Shown here: piece after piece, positions 18,899-29,663 of the stretch | Layout: the number at the start of each line of letters is the position of its first letter | Numbering within the stretch: position 1 is the first letter of the stretch | DNA from: a bacterium | GTDB taxonomy: Bacteria; RBG-13-61-14; DATKZS01 | Length of the DNA stretch: 64,000 nucleotides | Direction: 5' to 3' | Assembly: GCA_963674965.2 (NCBI GenBank) | Contig: CAXXFL010000005.1 | Location: forward strand, 384,001-448,000 | Translations under genes and position numbers: made by a program | The notes under the pieces: generated by a model | Seen by the model: only the letters and a program-made list of their open reading frames with translations | Told to the model about the DNA's origin: nothing | The model's database searches: none

Positions 18899-20245
18899 TC
18901 AATCAAGACCGTGCCTTTGAATTTTCTTGATGAGCGTGGACCTGTGAATCCCCAGCATTTCCGAGGCCCTGGTCCTGTTGCCTTTGCACATCCCCAGGAC
19001 CTTTATAATATGCGACTTCTCGACGGCCTCCAGGGTCATGTCCTCATGGTTCGATTTTTCATCTCCCGTCCCTCCCGAAACCACGCTCGAGGGAAGATGG
19101 CGGGGCAAAACGCGGCCCTCCTCGCAGACCATGGCCGCGCGCTCGATAACGTTGCGAAGCTCTCTTATATTGCCCGGCCACGGGTAATAATGGAGTATGG
19201 TCTCCGCCTCTTTGCCGAACCCTTGGATTTTTTTGTTCGCTCGCCCGGCGAAGGTTTCCAGGAAGTACTCGGCCAGGTAGGGAATATCGTCTTTTCTTTT
19301 CCTGAGAGGCGGAATATGAATGGGCATGACGTTGATCCGAAAGAAAAGGTCCTCCCTGAACTTCCCATTTTGCACGGCTTCCCTAAGGTCGGAGTTGGTG
19401 GCGGCCATTATCCTTACGTCGGCCCTCCGGCTTTTCGTTCCTCCCAGGACCCGGAACTTCCGGGTCTCGATCACGCCCAGTATCTTGGCCTGGGAGGTAA
19501 GAGGCATCTCACCGATCTCATCCAGGAACAGAGTGCCGCCCTGGGCCACCTCGATAAGGCCTTTTTTCCTGGAGTTGGCCCCGGTAAAGGCCCCGGGCTC
19601 GTGCCCGAACAGCTCCGACTCGAACAGCTCGGCCCCCAGCCCGGCGCAGTTTATATCCACGAGCTGACTCTCGCGGCGGGCGCTCATCTCATGTATCATC
19701 CGGGCCACCAAGCTTTTCCCCGAGCCGGTCTCGCCGGTAATGAGGACGGTGGTATCGGGGTTGTCGGCCAGGAGACGGACGGCGTGGAAAATCTCCCGAG
19801 GCAGGCGCGGCATTTGGGAGTCCTCGAACCCCTCGAGCCTGGAGACCCGCGTCCGCAAATAATCCCTTTGCTCCCTGACCCTGTAAGCGTCGATGGTCTT
19901 TTTCACCATCTCGGACAAAAGCTCGGGCTCGATGGGCTTCTCGAGGAAATAATCGGCCTTGAGCTTCATGGCCTCGATCACGGACTTGACGCTGCCGTAA
20001 CCGGTGAGGATTAAAGCGCCGGCGCCGGGGGATATCTCCTTGAGCTCCTTGAGTACCTCCAGGCCGGACATTCCCGGCAGCCGAAGGTCGATGATGGCGA
20101 GGCTGACGCGGTTGTTCCTGATATACTCGAGGGCCTCGGGGCCCTGGCCAAAGGAAACGGCCTGGTATCCCTCGGAGGCGAGAAAACTCTCCAAAAAGGA
20201 GCGCACTACCGGCTCGTCGTCGACTATGACTATAACGTCGTGCAT
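18899..20245 (-). CDS. Sigma-54-dependent (NtrC-family) response regulator
   Basis: REC; GETGSGKS; ESELFGHEPGAFTGA; LFLDEIGE; FREDLFFR; WPGNIREL; C-terminal Fis HTH. Confidence 0.95.
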   Translation of the reverse strand: MHDVIVIVDDEPVVRSFLESFLASEGYQAVSFGQGPEALEYIRNNRVSLAIIDLRLPGMSGLEVLKELKEISPGAGALILTGYGSVKSVIEAMKLKADYFLEKPIEPELLSEMVKKTIDAYRVREQRDYLRTRVSRLEGFEDSQMPRLPREIFHAVRLLADNPDTTVLITGETGSGKSLVARMIHEMSARRESQLVDINCAGLGAELFESELFGHEPGAFTGANSRKKGLIEVAQGGTLFLDEIGEMPLTSQAKILGVIETRKFRVLGGTKSRRADVRIMAATNSDLREAVQNGKFREDLFFRINVMPIHIPPLRKRKDDIPYLAEYFLETFAGRANKKIQGFGKEAETILHYYPWPGNIRELRNVIERAAMVCEEGRVLPRHLPSSVVSGGTGDEKSNHEDMTLEAVEKSHIIKVLGMCKGNRTRASEMLGIHRSTLIKKIQRHGLD

Positions 20246-20246
20246 G

Positions 20247-21689
20247 TCACGATTTGGGAAGGGTCAGGACCATCTCGGCTCCCTTTTCACGAGGCTTGAA
20301 AACAAGCGTCCCGCCGTGCTCGTGGGCGATCCTTCTCGAGAGGGCCAGTCCCATCCCGGAGTTGCCCTTTTTGGTGGTATAGAAAAGATCGAAGACCTTT
20401 TCCGCGTCCTCCTCGCTTATGCCCGGTCCCTCGTCCGCTATCGAGCAGACAACCCGGTCATCCGCGCTCGAGCAGGAGGCGGTAATGGTCCCGCCCTCGG
20501 GCGAGGCCTCGATGGCGTTCTGGATGAGATTGAGAAGGACCTGACTCATTTTGTCCTTGTCCGCGGCGACGGTCACTTCATTTTCGCGGCCGGTCCTTTT
20601 AGTCTTTATTCCCTTCTCCTTAATAAGGCCCTGGTTGAGGTAGACGACCTCGTCGATCAGCCTGCAAAGGTCAAAGGGTTTTTTGTTCAACGACTTCTGG
20701 GCGGAAAAGCTTAGAAGCTCGCGGATCAGACGGTCCATTCTCATGATTTCCCTGGTCATGATATCGAAGGTTTCGCGCTGGTCCTCGTTGAGGTCCAGGT
20801 CCAGCTCGAGAAGCTGGAGACCGCTGGAAACGGCGAAAAGAGGGTTCTTGATCTCGTGGGCTATGCCGCCCGCCAACTGGCCGATGGCCGCCAGTTTCTC
20901 CTTGGCCTCGAGTTCCCTGCGCATCCGCTTGATCTCGGTAAGGTCCTTGAAAACCGCAACCACACCGATAGTCTTGCCCCTCGAGTCGCGAAGATAGTTG
21001 TTGTTGAAACCAAGTGGTATTTCATCGCCCGAGGCGAGAGTAACGGATATCTCCCTCGAGCGGCCCAGGGGCTCGAGCACCTCGAACATGGGAGTCAAAC
21101 CAAGGCATATCCTGGAAACGTCAGCGCCGGAATAATCAGCGTCACCCGCCCGAAGTATCTCCCGGGCCATCCGGTTGATGGTGATCACCTCGCCGTCAAG
21201 GGCCAGCACCAGAAGACCCGTTAACATGCCGTCCATCACGTCCTGAAGAAGCGCCTTGATCCGGGCCGATTCCTCACGCTTGAGGCGAAAGTCCGCCTCG
21301 GAACCCTCGAGCGCCGTGGTGTCGAAGCAGGAAAAAAAGGCGCCCGCCGGCCCATCGACCCCTTCCGGCTTGGGATACAATCTCGAGGCGATAAGCCGGG
21401 TCCGGCCGTCCTTGTCCTTAAGACGGTACAGCCTTTGCCTTACCTTGCCCTCCCTGTGCACGGACTCGAGGTCACGGACAAAGTTCTCGCGCTCATCCTT
21501 CCTTTCAAGGAAATCGACCAGGCCCTTCCCCTGAGGGGCATCCAGGGCTAGAAGAGATTTGAAGCCCGGGGAAAGGGCGATGAAGCCGCCGTCTTTGGAA
21601 ACGAGCGCGGCAAGGTCGGCCGCCAATTGAAGGGCCGTTTCCACGCTGACAAAGTTCGCGGGGGAGGGCGGATGTTTGGAAGTCTTCAC
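20247..21689 (-). CDS. PAS-domain sensor histidine kinase
   Basis: Two PAS-like regions; AHEIKNPL; NLIQNAIEA; DEGPGI; GMGL. Confidence 0.92.
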   Translation of the reverse strand: MKTSKHPPSPANFVSVETALQLAADLAALVSKDGGFIALSPGFKSLLALDAPQGKGLVDFLERKDERENFVRDLESVHREGKVRQRLYRLKDKDGRTRLIASRLYPKPEGVDGPAGAFFSCFDTTALEGSEADFRLKREESARIKALLQDVMDGMLTGLLVLALDGEVITINRMAREILRAGDADYSGADVSRICLGLTPMFEVLEPLGRSREISVTLASGDEIPLGFNNNYLRDSRGKTIGVVAVFKDLTEIKRMRRELEAKEKLAAIGQLAGGIAHEIKNPLFAVSSGLQLLELDLDLNEDQRETFDIMTREIMRMDRLIRELLSFSAQKSLNKKPFDLCRLIDEVVYLNQGLIKEKGIKTKRTGRENEVTVAADKDKMSQVLLNLIQNAIEASPEGGTITASCSSADDRVVCSIADEGPGISEEDAEKVFDLFYTTKKGNSGMGLALSRRIAHEHGGTLVFKPREKGAEMVLTLPKS

Positions 21690-21851
21690 TTATTCCCTCG
21701 AAACGAGCGCAAGACGCTGACGCCAAGACCCCGCCAGATGGGACCAGCCCGGCGTCGAAAGGCGCGTCCACGCTAATATTTATTGTACTATATTGTACTT
21801 GAAAAACGGGCCGGCGCCCGCGAAAACTTTTAAGGGTCGGGAAAAGCGATT

Positions 21852-22652
21852 TCACCCTCTCGGGTATGGCCGCACAATGACGGTAGTGCCCCTGGTCACG
21901 AACTCGCGGTTCAGCCACTGGGCGTCATCGTAAAAGACCCTGATGCAGCCGTGGCTGGCGTTCTTGCCGGGCAGGTAACCCGCGTGGATGGCGTAGCCGC
22001 TCCTGAAGAACATGGCGTAGGGCATGCGGGCGCAGCTTTTGCCGCGGCAGCCGATGGGGTACTTGCCCGAGCGGTAGCTGGCCCCATATTCCTTGTATAC
22101 CTTGAAGGTCCCGACCGGGGTGCGGCATCTTCTCCTTATATCTCCGCAATAATTCTTTCCTCCCGCGGCCGGTCCCCACCTCACCAGGTTGCCCCCCGAG
22201 TCGTAGGCGGCGAAGGCCAAAAGGCCCGGATCGAAGACCACGTGTTTGCCCCTGGCGTACTTGGCCTTTTCCGGAAAGGGCGAGAAGTCCATCAGCGTGC
22301 TTCCCTCGAGGTTTTTAGGCACGGCGATCTGATATCCTTCCCTTAGCCGGTAATTCATGCGGTTGATTTTTTGAATTATCTCCCGCTGCCCCTCGTCGGG
22401 CCACATATCCTCCCAGGTGGGGGCCTCCCTCTTCTCGACCGTCTGAGTTCCCCGCCGGGTCTTCACTTCCTTCTCGACCGTGGTCGCGCCGATGGTCACG
22501 CAGTCGAAATTGACGGTGTCCGCGCAAAGTATGGCCGCGCCGTACCATCCGTTCGGCTCGGCCCAGGCATTTTCCGGCGCCAATACCGCCGCCGAAACCG
22601 CGGCAAAAAAAGTTATCGCGCCAAGCGTTAATCGGCGTTTTGACCCGAACAT
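21852..22652 (-). CDS. L,D-transpeptidase (YkuD family)
   Basis: Signal peptide; TPVGTF, YAIHAG, SHGCIR. Confidence 0.88.
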   Translation of the reverse strand: MFGSKRRLTLGAITFFAAVSAAVLAPENAWAEPNGWYGAAILCADTVNFDCVTIGATTVEKEVKTRRGTQTVEKREAPTWEDMWPDEGQREIIQKINRMNYRLREGYQIAVPKNLEGSTLMDFSPFPEKAKYARGKHVVFDPGLLAFAAYDSGGNLVRWGPAAGGKNYCGDIRRRCRTPVGTFKVYKEYGASYRSGKYPIGCRGKSCARMPYAMFFRSGYAIHAGYLPGKNASHGCIRVFYDDAQWLNREFVTRGTTVIVRPYPRG

Positions 22653-22753
22653 GCCATCATCCCCCTTTTTAACAATAATCTCTGATAGTTACCACGCCGA
22701 GGCGGCGCTAAGATAATATACTCGATTGGGGATTTACGCAACGCCTTTTCGTC

Positions 22754-22786
22754 AAAAAATAAGGGCGCCGCTTGGACGCCCTTATT
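22754..22786 (-). terminator. Intrinsic terminator after the CoA-transferase gene
   Basis: AATAAGGGCG...CGCCCTTATT hairpin followed by a U run on the minus strand. Confidence 0.7.
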
Positions 22787-22802
22787 ACGCGAGGATTTTC
22801 CC

Positions 22803-24116
22803 TTACATTTTAAGCCGCTTCTTGGCCTCTTCCAGCAGCTCGTCGCGGAACTTGGGATGGGCAATTTCGATCAACGCCAGCGCCCTCTCCCTCTCGTCCC
22901 TGGCGGTCAGGTTGGCAATGCCGTACTCGGTGACCACGTACTGGGCGTAATGGCGGGGAACCGTAACGCGGGCCCCCTGCTTCGGATAAGGCACTATCCT
23001 GGAAATCTCGCCGCCCTTGGCCGTGCTGGGAAGGATGTTGATGGCCCGGCCGCCCTCCGACAGGTAGGCCCCGATCACGAAGTCGAGTTGGCCGCCAGTG
23101 CCCGAGCGCATGACGTCGCCGAAGCTCTCCGAGCAGATTGTGCCCACCAGGTCCACCTCGATGGACCCGTTAATGGCCACCAGGTTCTTTTCCTGGGCCA
23201 GAAGGGGGATCGAGTTGCAGTAGCTGGCGCAGTAGAACTCGACCATGGGGTTGTTGCCGAGAAAGTCGTACAAATTCTGGTCGCCGAAGGCGAAGGCCAT
23301 GATCATTTTGTTTTTATGGGTCTGCTTGTAGCGGCCGGTCACGATGCCGGCCTCGACCAGTTCCTTGGTGCCCATGGGGGCCATCTCCGTGTGGATGCCA
23401 AGGTCCTTAAGGTCGCTCTCGGCGATGAGCTTGGATATCTGGCCCGGCACCGCGCCTATGCCCACCTGGAGGCAGTCGCGGTCCTTGAGGAGACTGACCA
23501 CGTTCTCGGCGATCTTCTTGTGAACGTCCGAGGGCGCGGGCATGGGCGGCACGAAAAGGGGCGCGTCCTGCTCGACGAACTTGTCGAACCTGCTGATATG
23601 GTAATGGGAGTTGCCGTGGGTCATGGGCATGTTCTTGTTTACCTGTCCCACCACCCAGTCGGCCTGGTCCACCAGGTCGGGCGTGCAAAAAAGGTCAAGA
23701 CCAAGCGAGACGTACCCGTGCTCGTCGGGAGGGCTGACCACGGTGATGACGCCCTGGCGCCTGGGGTCTACCTCCTGCCTTTTCTGGGCAACGTATCCAA
23801 CGTTCGAGCTTTGGGCGGGAATAAAGCTCGAGGCCCCGGCCGCGTGCATTCCCATGGTAAGCTGGGAGTAGAAGCCGACGATGAGCCGGAAGGTCTCGCG
23901 GTACTCGGGCTGGAAAATCTTGTAAAGGTTGAAGCTGAGCATCGAGACGTATTGCACGTCCTTTAACTCGTCCTTACGGTCGGCGATGGCGTCCATGATC
24001 TCCATGCTGGGCTCGCCCAGGCCAAGGGGAGTATAGAAGCGGTCGCCGCTCTCGATGATTTTAGCCGCCTCCGCGGGCGAACAAAGTTTAGACTGATACT
24101 CTTTTTTCCAGGACAT
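22803..24116 (-). CDS. Acetyl-CoA hydrolase/transferase (4-hydroxybutyrate CoA-transferase-like)
   Basis: LQVGIGAVP, DLGIHTEM, SGTGGQLDF, VVTEYGIA, ALIEIAHPKFR. Confidence 0.9.
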   Translation of the reverse strand: MSWKKEYQSKLCSPAEAAKIIESGDRFYTPLGLGEPSMEIMDAIADRKDELKDVQYVSMLSFNLYKIFQPEYRETFRLIVGFYSQLTMGMHAAGASSFIPAQSSNVGYVAQKRQEVDPRRQGVITVVSPPDEHGYVSLGLDLFCTPDLVDQADWVVGQVNKNMPMTHGNSHYHISRFDKFVEQDAPLFVPPMPAPSDVHKKIAENVVSLLKDRDCLQVGIGAVPGQISKLIAESDLKDLGIHTEMAPMGTKELVEAGIVTGRYKQTHKNKMIMAFAFGDQNLYDFLGNNPMVEFYCASYCNSIPLLAQEKNLVAINGSIEVDLVGTICSESFGDVMRSGTGGQLDFVIGAYLSEGGRAINILPSTAKGGEISRIVPYPKQGARVTVPRHYAQYVVTEYGIANLTARDERERALALIEIAHPKFRDELLEEAKKRLKM

Positions 24117-24431
24117 GAATACACCTCACTTCTTTTTATATAGGCCGGGCTAAAGCGGCCTTGGTATACAATGGTAGATATATTTCCGGAAACTTCACGG
24201 GAGTGATTATTATAATCCTTTTTCCCGGGATATTAAGCGTTATCCGAAATCGCGGCCTCCCACCTGATAAGAAAATGGGCTTTCGGATGCCTTGAAGCGA
24301 GTCCTGGCGCCGCTCGGCGCCCGGGTTTGATTGACCTTCCAGTTTCGATGGAGTATAGTCGGCATAGACCGCTTGGAAAGCGAGAAAAATTATCGGCGCG
24401 TTCATGGCGCCGGAAAGAAGTAGGATATCCA

Positions 24432-25190
24432 ATGAAGAAGTTTGTCTTTTTCGCGGCGTTGTTTTTTTCGCTCGTCTTTTCACTGGACTCGAACGCCCAG
24501 ATCAACTCGGACCGGATAAGCTTCGAGCTCGGCTTCGGCTCGGCCTTGAACGTGCCCACTCCTCTTCATATTCATATGAACGGCCAAGAGGACATCGATA
24601 TCGACTCGGCCGAGTACGACGACAAGCCCCTTTACGACGCGCCCTATTACAACTGGCGGGTGGGTCTGTGGAAAGAGAACAAAGCCTGGGAAATCGAGCT
24701 TATCCACCACAAGCTATACCTCATGAACCCCACGCCCGAGATCGATTACTTTAATATCTCTCACGGTTATAACCTTGTCACCCTCAACCGGGCCTGGGAC
24801 GCCAAGGGCGCCATCTGGAGATTGGGGGGAGGGTTCGTGCTGGCCCATCCCGAAAGCCGGATTTACGGCAAGGAACTGGACTGGAGCAACGATTACCTGG
24901 ACGGCTTTTACGCCGCCGGTCCCACCATGCAGGCCACCGCCGGCAAGAGGTGGTACGGATGGGGCGACACCTTCGTGGCCCTCGAGGCCAAGTTCACGGC
25001 CTCCTACGCCGAGGTCCCGGTTTTCGACGGCAAGGCCTACGTTCCCAACTTGGCCTTCCACGCCATCTTCATGATCGGCTTCGACTGGGTCAACAAGAAG
25101 GCCGAGGTGGGAACCTCCTCCTATTACGGGAAGGACCCTTATCCGGCGGTGATCGATCCTCTTTATCTCGCCCGAAGCTCGAGTATCTGA
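24432..25190 (+). CDS. Exported, probably outer-membrane beta-barrel hypothetical protein
   Basis: Start re-called at MKKFVFF; signal peptide; aromatic beta-strand pattern. Confidence 0.65.
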   Translation: MKKFVFFAALFFSLVFSLDSNAQINSDRISFELGFGSALNVPTPLHIHMNGQEDIDIDSAEYDDKPLYDAPYYNWRVGLWKENKAWEIELIHHKLYLMNPTPEIDYFNISHGYNLVTLNRAWDAKGAIWRLGGGFVLAHPESRIYGKELDWSNDYLDGFYAAGPTMQATAGKRWYGWGDTFVALEAKFTASYAEVPVFDGKAYVPNLAFHAIFMIGFDWVNKKAEVGTSSYYGKDPYPAVIDPLYLARSSSI

Positions 25191-25199
25191 GACTTTCCT

Positions 25200-26201
25200 T
25201 TAGACCGAGTTGGCGTTTCTCAGGGCCTCGGCCGCGTCCTCCGGCGGGGTGGGGTTTATGTAGAAACCCGAGCCCCACTCGAAGCCCGCCACCTGGGTCA
25301 GCTTGGGCATGACCTCGATGTGCCAGTGGTAATGGGGCGGACTGGTGTGAAGAGGCGCCGTGTGCAGAATGTAGTTGTAAGGCGGATCGCTCAGTATGTC
25401 GGCCATTTTCTTCATCAGGACATGGAGAATCTCGGCCAGCTTGGGTATCTGGTGGGCCTCGATGTTCTCGAAGCAGGCCTGGTGCCTTTTCGGAAGTATC
25501 CAGGTCTCGAAGGGCGACTTGGGGGCGTAGGGAGATAAAAGCACGAACTCCTCGTTCTCCGCCACCACCCGGATGCCGTCGTTCAACTCCTGCCGGATGA
25601 TATCGCAGAACACGCACCTTTCCTTGAACTTCCAGTGGGCCTCGGCCCCGGCCAGCTCCTCGGCCACCCGCTTGGGAACGATGGGAAGGGCGATAAGCTG
25701 GGAGTGAGTGTGATCGAGGCTCGCGCCCGCGTCGCGGCCCTTGTTCTTGAAGATCAGGATGTAGTGAAGACGAGGGTCCTTTTTCAGGTCGACCATGCGG
25801 TCACGGTAGGCCCAGATGGCGTTCTCGACCTCCTTTACGCTCATGCCGTTGAAATTGCACTCGTGACGAGGCGTCTCGATAATGACCTCGTGGGCCCCCA
25901 CCCCCGCCATCTTGTCGAACATGCCCTCGCCTTCCCGGTCCATGTCGCCCTCGATGGCCAGGGCGGGAAACTTGTTGGGCACGACCCGAACTTCCCAGCC
26001 GGGCCCGTTGGCCTGGCCGTGGGGTCGGTAGGCCAGTATCTCGGGAGGGGTCTTGCCCTCGTTGCCCTGGCAAAAGGGGCAGGAGGAGGTGTCTAATAGA
26101 CAGGTCTCCCCCTTGGTGACGAAGTCGGAAGGACGCCTTCTTCTTTCCGTGGCGATGATGACCCACCTTCCTATGACGGGGTCTTTCCTGAGTTCAGGCA
26201 T
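25200..26201 (-). CDS. galT: Galactose-1-phosphate uridylyltransferase family
   Basis: MPELRKDP start; CPFC, VVPNKFPAL, GAHEVIIE, GASLDHTHSQ, YHWHIE. Confidence 0.9.
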   Translation of the reverse strand: MPELRKDPVIGRWVIIATERRRRPSDFVTKGETCLLDTSSCPFCQGNEGKTPPEILAYRPHGQANGPGWEVRVVPNKFPALAIEGDMDREGEGMFDKMAGVGAHEVIIETPRHECNFNGMSVKEVENAIWAYRDRMVDLKKDPRLHYILIFKNKGRDAGASLDHTHSQLIALPIVPKRVAEELAGAEAHWKFKERCVFCDIIRQELNDGIRVVAENEEFVLLSPYAPKSPFETWILPKRHQACFENIEAHQIPKLAEILHVLMKKMADILSDPPYNYILHTAPLHTSPPHYHWHIEVMPKLTQVAGFEWGSGFYINPTPPEDAAEALRNANSV

Positions 26202-26426
26202 GACGTAATCTCCTTGTACGCGGCTCGCGGTCTTTTGGGCCGCGTTCCAACCGGGTTTCACTTCTGGAAATTTTCGCTTACCGCGCGCGTATACCGCTTG
26301 TGCGCCTTGGATAGATAAGGCCCTCGGGCATAGGTTCTGACTATTCACCGAAGGCCGATGGAGCGGCGGTTAGTGGTATAGTTATTGTAAGCGACCGCCC
26401 GGAATAGTCAAGTCCCTTTTTTCCGC

Positions 26427-26990
26427 TCACCGCCAGGTAAGGTCGAAATAAAGGACCAGGTCTCCGCCTTTTTCCTCGCCCCTGGTCATGAGCTTGACCA
26501 TTTCGCCGCCGTTAAGCTGAACCAGCTTTTTGAAATGGGCCCCCGTCAGGACCAGGAACATGTCAACGCCGTCCTTGAGCTCACCCAGTTCCCAGACCTT
26601 GACCTGCATGCTTTTATCGCCCGTGCCCGCGGCCTCCATGCGGGAGAAATTGAAAAGAGACCTTCTCAGGTCCAGAAATTTCTCCACCGACGTCAGGGGG
26701 TCTCCCTTGTCCAGGAAGGGCTTGTAAGGGCCGTTGAAAAGCTCCTGCATGGCCAGTTCCCCGAACTGGGATACCACTCTTTTATCCGCCTTGGCCACCA
26801 GGTAATAAACGGCCACGCCTATCCGCTGGTAGTTCTCCACCGGATACCAGGCCGTGGGTATGACCATGCCGTCGATTATGTTCCAGTCGTCCGGCTTAAG
26901 GTAGTCGTCCCAGGGCAGGTCACGGAAAGCCCTTACCACCTTGACCATGTCAAGGAGAACGCTTCCCTTTACCATTCTAGCGGCGCTCAT
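26427..26990 (-). CDS. Hypothetical protein (possibly DUF2378/V4R-like fold)
   Basis: Start MSAARMVKGSVLL; VKG and WYP motifs resemble myxobacterial DUF2378 proteins (from memory). Confidence 0.5.
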   Translation of the reverse strand: MSAARMVKGSVLLDMVKVVRAFRDLPWDDYLKPDDWNIIDGMVIPTAWYPVENYQRIGVAVYYLVAKADKRVVSQFGELAMQELFNGPYKPFLDKGDPLTSVEKFLDLRRSLFNFSRMEAAGTGDKSMQVKVWELGELKDGVDMFLVLTGAHFKKLVQLNGGEMVKLMTRGEEKGGDLVLYFDLTWR

Positions 26991-27178
26991 TCCTGGCCTC
27001 TTCCCCCATTCGGAGTGACGCGGGTTTTTTAACCCCGTTCCCCGCCCTCCCTTTTCCCGCAAATAATAAACTCCGGCTTTTTTGCAGTCAAGTTAACGCC
27101 CGAGCTCGTCCGCCGCCCGAGGCCGGACAAGCGGCGGCCCAGTTTGCCCGCGTTCGCGGTTTTTGCTAATGTATCCGC

Positions 27179-27487
27179 ATGAGCGGATGGTTCGATGTGG
27201 GCTCCCGGCGCTACTTTGTCTCGCGGGCGCTGGCGTTCCTTTTTCTCGCCGTCGTCTTTCGGCTTCATATCGGCTCCATATTCACCCTCGCCGCTCTGTT
27301 GACGCTCGCCGACCGGTGGATTCTGGAGGAGTTGGATACCTCGGCCGACCGCGACGCGGGACGTAACTTCGCCTTGGCCATCCAGCACGGACTCTATATC
27401 GCGGGAGCGACGTTTATCTTCATGGCCGCGGTGAACGCCGGTCTTAGGACCGTTTCCAACGACTGGCGCTGGCTTGCGCCGCCTTGA
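27179..27487 (+). CDS. Small membrane protein
   Basis: About three hydrophobic segments; fills the gap before pgi. Confidence 0.45.
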   Translation: MSGWFDVGSRRYFVSRALAFLFLAVVFRLHIGSIFTLAALLTLADRWILEELDTSADRDAGRNFALAIQHGLYIAGATFIFMAAVNAGLRTVSNDWRWLAPP

Positions 27488-27567
27488 TAAGTCCCGGCCT
27501 TCAGGCAAGGATTCGCATTATAGTTTAAGGTTCTGAAATCGCGCCGTCCGCGCGAGGGAGGGTTAAA

Positions 27568-28965
27568 ATGACGCTGGAAATCGATTACTCGAACGCGATG
27601 CTGGACAACGTCGGCGAGATGGGGCTTAAGCTCTCGGACATAAAGGACTTGCAGGGGAGGGCCGGAGAAATCCACCAGGACCTGACCCGGAGACGAAAAG
27701 AGGGCAAGCTGCCCTTTTACGACCTTCCTTACCAGAACATCACCAGGATCATGAAGGTGTCCTGCAAGTGCGAGGACCAGCCCATCGAGAACGTGGTCGT
27801 TCTCGGCATCGGCGGCAGCGCCCTCGGCGCCCGGGCCCTGGCCAAGGCCCTGCTGCCGCCTTACCACGAGGTGGGAGACGCGGCCTATCGGGCCGGACTG
27901 CCCCGCCTGTTCGTGGCCGACAACGTGGACCCCGATTACTTCACCGGACTCCTGTCCGTGCTCGACCTTGGCCGGACCAGGTTCGTGGCCATATCCAAAT
28001 CGGGAGGCACCGCCGAGGTCATGAGCCAGTTCCTCATCGCCCGCGACAAGCTCATCCGCAAGTTCGGCGAAGAGGGCTACAGACAAAGAATGGTGGCAAT
28101 CACGGACCAGGAAAAAGGGTACCTCCGCGATATCGTCCAAAGAGACGGGCTCGAGTCCTATCCCGTGCCCCCGGGAGTGGGCGGAAGGTTTTCGGTCATG
28201 ACCCCCGTCGGGCTCATCCCCGCCTACATGGCCGGCGTGGACGTGGTCGCCCTCCTCCGCGGCGCCGCCAATATGGATAAAGCCTGCTCCGAGCCGGATA
28301 TCCTGGCCAACCCCGCTTACCTTCTCGCCGCCATCCTCTACCTGGCCGACGTCAAGCTGAAAAGGAACGTGCTCGTCATGATGCCCTACGCCTCGAGCCT
28401 CCTCGAGTTCGCCGAGTGGTTCCAGCAGCTGTGGGCCGAGAGCCTGGGAAAGGCCATCGACCTGAACGGCGGCCCCGCCAACGTCTGCGCCACGCCCGTT
28501 CGCTCGCTGGGGGCCACGGACCAGCATTCCCAGCTCCAGCTTTACATGGAGGGGCCGCGCGACAAGCTGATCGTTTTCATCAAGCCCAATGAGTTCATCG
28601 AGCGGGGGACCATACCCGAGGCCTTCGGTGACGTCGAGGGCGTGGGCTACCTGGGCGGCCACAGCCTGTCCGAGCTGATCCGGGCCGAGGCCAAGGCCAG
28701 CGAGACGGCATTGGCCAAGGCGGGCAGGCCCAACATAAGGCTCGACGTGACCCGGGTGGACGGCGATAACCTGGGCCGGCTCATGTATATGTGCGAGGTG
28801 GCCACCCTCTTCGCCGGCGGACTCTACAACGTCAATCCCCTCGACCAGCCCGGAGTCGAGATGGGAAAGAAGTTCGCCTTCTCCATGATGGGAAGAAAGG
28901 GCTACGACGCGGAAAAAACGGAAGTCGAGGAGTGGGACAAGAAAAAGGTGAAGTACATACTTTAA
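27568..28965 (+). CDS. pgi: Glucose-6-phosphate isomerase
   Basis: GIGGSALG, ISKSGGT, GGRFSV, QLWAESLGK, DQHSQLQ, DQPGVEMGK. Confidence 0.95.
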   Translation: MTLEIDYSNAMLDNVGEMGLKLSDIKDLQGRAGEIHQDLTRRRKEGKLPFYDLPYQNITRIMKVSCKCEDQPIENVVVLGIGGSALGARALAKALLPPYHEVGDAAYRAGLPRLFVADNVDPDYFTGLLSVLDLGRTRFVAISKSGGTAEVMSQFLIARDKLIRKFGEEGYRQRMVAITDQEKGYLRDIVQRDGLESYPVPPGVGGRFSVMTPVGLIPAYMAGVDVVALLRGAANMDKACSEPDILANPAYLLAAILYLADVKLKRNVLVMMPYASSLLEFAEWFQQLWAESLGKAIDLNGGPANVCATPVRSLGATDQHSQLQLYMEGPRDKLIVFIKPNEFIERGTIPEAFGDVEGVGYLGGHSLSELIRAEAKASETALAKAGRPNIRLDVTRVDGDNLGRLMYMCEVATLFAGGLYNVNPLDQPGVEMGKKFAFSMMGRKGYDAEKTEVEEWDKKKVKYIL

Positions 28966-29001
28966 TCGCGGCCCGGCAAGGAGGCCGGGAAGGGGGGCCA
29001 A

Positions 29002-29454
29002 ATGGACAAGACCTCGGGAGGCCATTCAAGTAAAAGAAAAATCGCGGCGACCTCGCTCCTGGTCCTGGCCGTATTGCTCCCCGCCATCATGGCCGCTCCC
29101 GCGGCCGGCGGCCAGACCGGCCAGGCCCTCGTCCTTAAAGCGAGGGTCGACGACAAATGCGTTCCTCTTCCCGCCACCCTGACCGTTCCCGCGGGCAAGA
29201 CGGCCTATAACTTTTCCATGGGCGAGTTCAAGCCGGGCAAGTCCTGTAAGGACGGGTCGGTACCCGACCAGAAGGGAATCACCATCAAGAACGCCAAAGG
29301 CGACGCCATCTACATCTGGAGCCAATACAAGCAGGCCAAGCCCTACGAGAAAAACGGGCCCCTCGGCTCCCTCGAGTTGGCCCCCGGCGACTACGCCCTC
29401 ACCGCCGCCGGCGGGGCCGGGGCCGAGGTCGAGGTTTCATACGCCCTGAAGTAA
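29002..29454 (+). CDS. Small secreted protein with two Cys
   Basis: Signal-peptide-like N-terminus; beta-rich; typical codon usage. Confidence 0.65.
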   Translation: MDKTSGGHSSKRKIAATSLLVLAVLLPAIMAAPAAGGQTGQALVLKARVDDKCVPLPATLTVPAGKTAYNFSMGEFKPGKSCKDGSVPDQKGITIKNAKGDAIYIWSQYKQAKPYEKNGPLGSLELAPGDYALTAAGGAGAEVEVSYALK

Positions 29455-29663
29455 GGGCGATTTGCAAATGAGAACCTTCTTCTTGAATAACATCAACCAT
29501 ATGAATATCCGCGGGTGGGCCATACGGTTTTGCAAGAAAACGTGTGTCTCTCGCGACGCGAGACGGGTATACCGGTATCAGCCTCTCACGGTTCTTTGAA
29601 AAATCAATTTGACCATTTAACTGCATATAGGTGGAGCCGTACACTCCGACATGCCCCGAGGCG

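Noticed and set aside
26355-26400. tRNA-like GCGGTTAGTGGTATAG
   Set aside because: No T-arm GTTCRA, acceptor stem or CCA
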